A DNA stretch of 63,829 bases, counting the filler, from Platydemus manokwari (lineage: Eukaryota), in the NCBI GenBank assembly GCA_037951405.1. It is 6 parts of 6 records of this genome, joined end to end, with 100 filler letters (N's around TTAATTAATTAA, not from the genome) between each part and the next. Parts side by side here need not be neighbours in the genome. Positions count along the whole stretch, not along the records: positions 54,698 to 63,829 come from JBBMOY011295095.1; 5 more parts are not named here. One strand, written 5' to 3'. Position numbers and translations under genes: made by a program. Below, in pieces: positions 63,118 to 63,829 of the stretch. Under the pieces are notes generated by a model. It was not told the DNA's origin and ran no database searches. It worked only from the letters and a program-made list of their open reading frames with translations. Position 1 is the first letter of the stretch. Every line of letters begins with the position of its first letter.

Positions 63118-63720
63118 TTATTTCCACATTTTTTGGACTTTTCTGCACCCAAACAAATTCTGTGGAAAAAAATACGTTTTGTTAAAGCGTTCATTTCTAA
63201 CAGCAATCCGTGACACGCATAAACTTTCCTTCAAAACATTATCCAGAAATTTTTCTTTCAAATTATCTTGGAATCCTTTTTCGATATTTCGTCTGTCTTT
63301 AGCCGTGTAATTTTTCACTGTGAAACCAATCTGAACCGATTCTGGAATCGGTGGGGCCGTTAAAGGAATTTGAAATTTAGAACGACCCATTAGAATTTCG
63401 TCGGAATCCACTGCTACTGAAGGTTTTTTAAATCTAATTCCCACAGGCGTAGAATCTATCAGTGGTTTTTGAATTTTTAAATTGTTTATTCCTTTTAAAT
63501 TCACAGCTGTATCCAATAGCGCACATTTTAAATGGACAAAATTGGAATGGGTTTGATTGTTGATTTCCGCCAATAGTTGTGTTTCTTGAATGGTCTCTGT
63601 TAAAAATGACGAAACGACATTAGTTAATGTTGCCAAAGCTTTCGTTTCAATAGATTTATAATTGTGATCTTTTAGAATCAATGAAATCGATTTCATAAGA
63701 GCATCATCAAAGCCACTCAT
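63118..63720 (-). CDS. TAF8: TAF8-like TFIID subunit (bromodomain-associated histone fold), intronless, divergent
   Basis: N-terminal ALMKSISLILKDHNYKSIETKALATLTNVVSSFLTETIQETQLLAE…LKCALLD fits the Bromo_TP fold. IPLTAPPIPE and RRNIEKG resemble the TAF8 C-terminal motifs IP.HLPPFP and RRDVE.AL. Confidence 0.7.
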   Translation of the reverse strand: MSGFDDALMKSISLILKDHNYKSIETKALATLTNVVSSFLTETIQETQLLAEINNQTHSNFVHLKCALLDTAVNLKGINNLKIQKPLIDSTPVGIRFKKPSVAVDSDEILMGRSKFQIPLTAPPIPESVQIGFTVKNYTAKDRRNIEKGFQDNLKEKFLDNVLKESLCVSRIAVRNERFNKTYFFPQNLFGCRKVQKMWK

Positions 63721-63829
63721 TTTCTAAAGTAAAACCAAAATCCTTAATTCAAAAAGCCATGTTTAAAATTAAATATATTTATCTTTAATTCTATTGGATA
63801 ATTTTTTAAAAAATAGCTAGATTTTTAAT

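Overview
This is very AT-rich, intron-containing eukaryotic DNA. It is most consistent with a planarian/flatworm draft genome (inference from composition, 40-55 nt introns and gene content). It is not one locus: six contigs (1-11032, 11133-20549, 20650-30895, 30996-41061, 41162-54597, 54698-63829) are joined by artificial 100-bp N44-TTAATTAATTAA-N44 linkers, so synteny across linkers is meaningless. Genes reconstructed by hand: an intronless anoctamin/TMEM16, the last exon of a sideroflexin, a secreted two-FAS1-domain protein, a Ly6/three-finger protein, the 5' half of MKK7, an 11-exon SCAI-like gene, a small neuropeptide prohormone, an intronless somatomedin-B/Cys-repeat class-B-type GPCR, a TAF8-like gene, and a large disordered orphan exon. 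The intergenic DNA is rich in decayed mobile elements: solo LTRs (two with perfect TSDs), a Merlin-type transposase relic, a TRIM-like element, and a 2.1-kb gag+integrase-only LTR element with 94-bp LTRs. Best leads: the prohormone, the GPCR's internally duplicated ectodomain, the anoctamin's Lys at a Ca2+-ligand position, and the RT-less mini LTR element. No CRISPR array, rRNA or tRNA gene was recognised.
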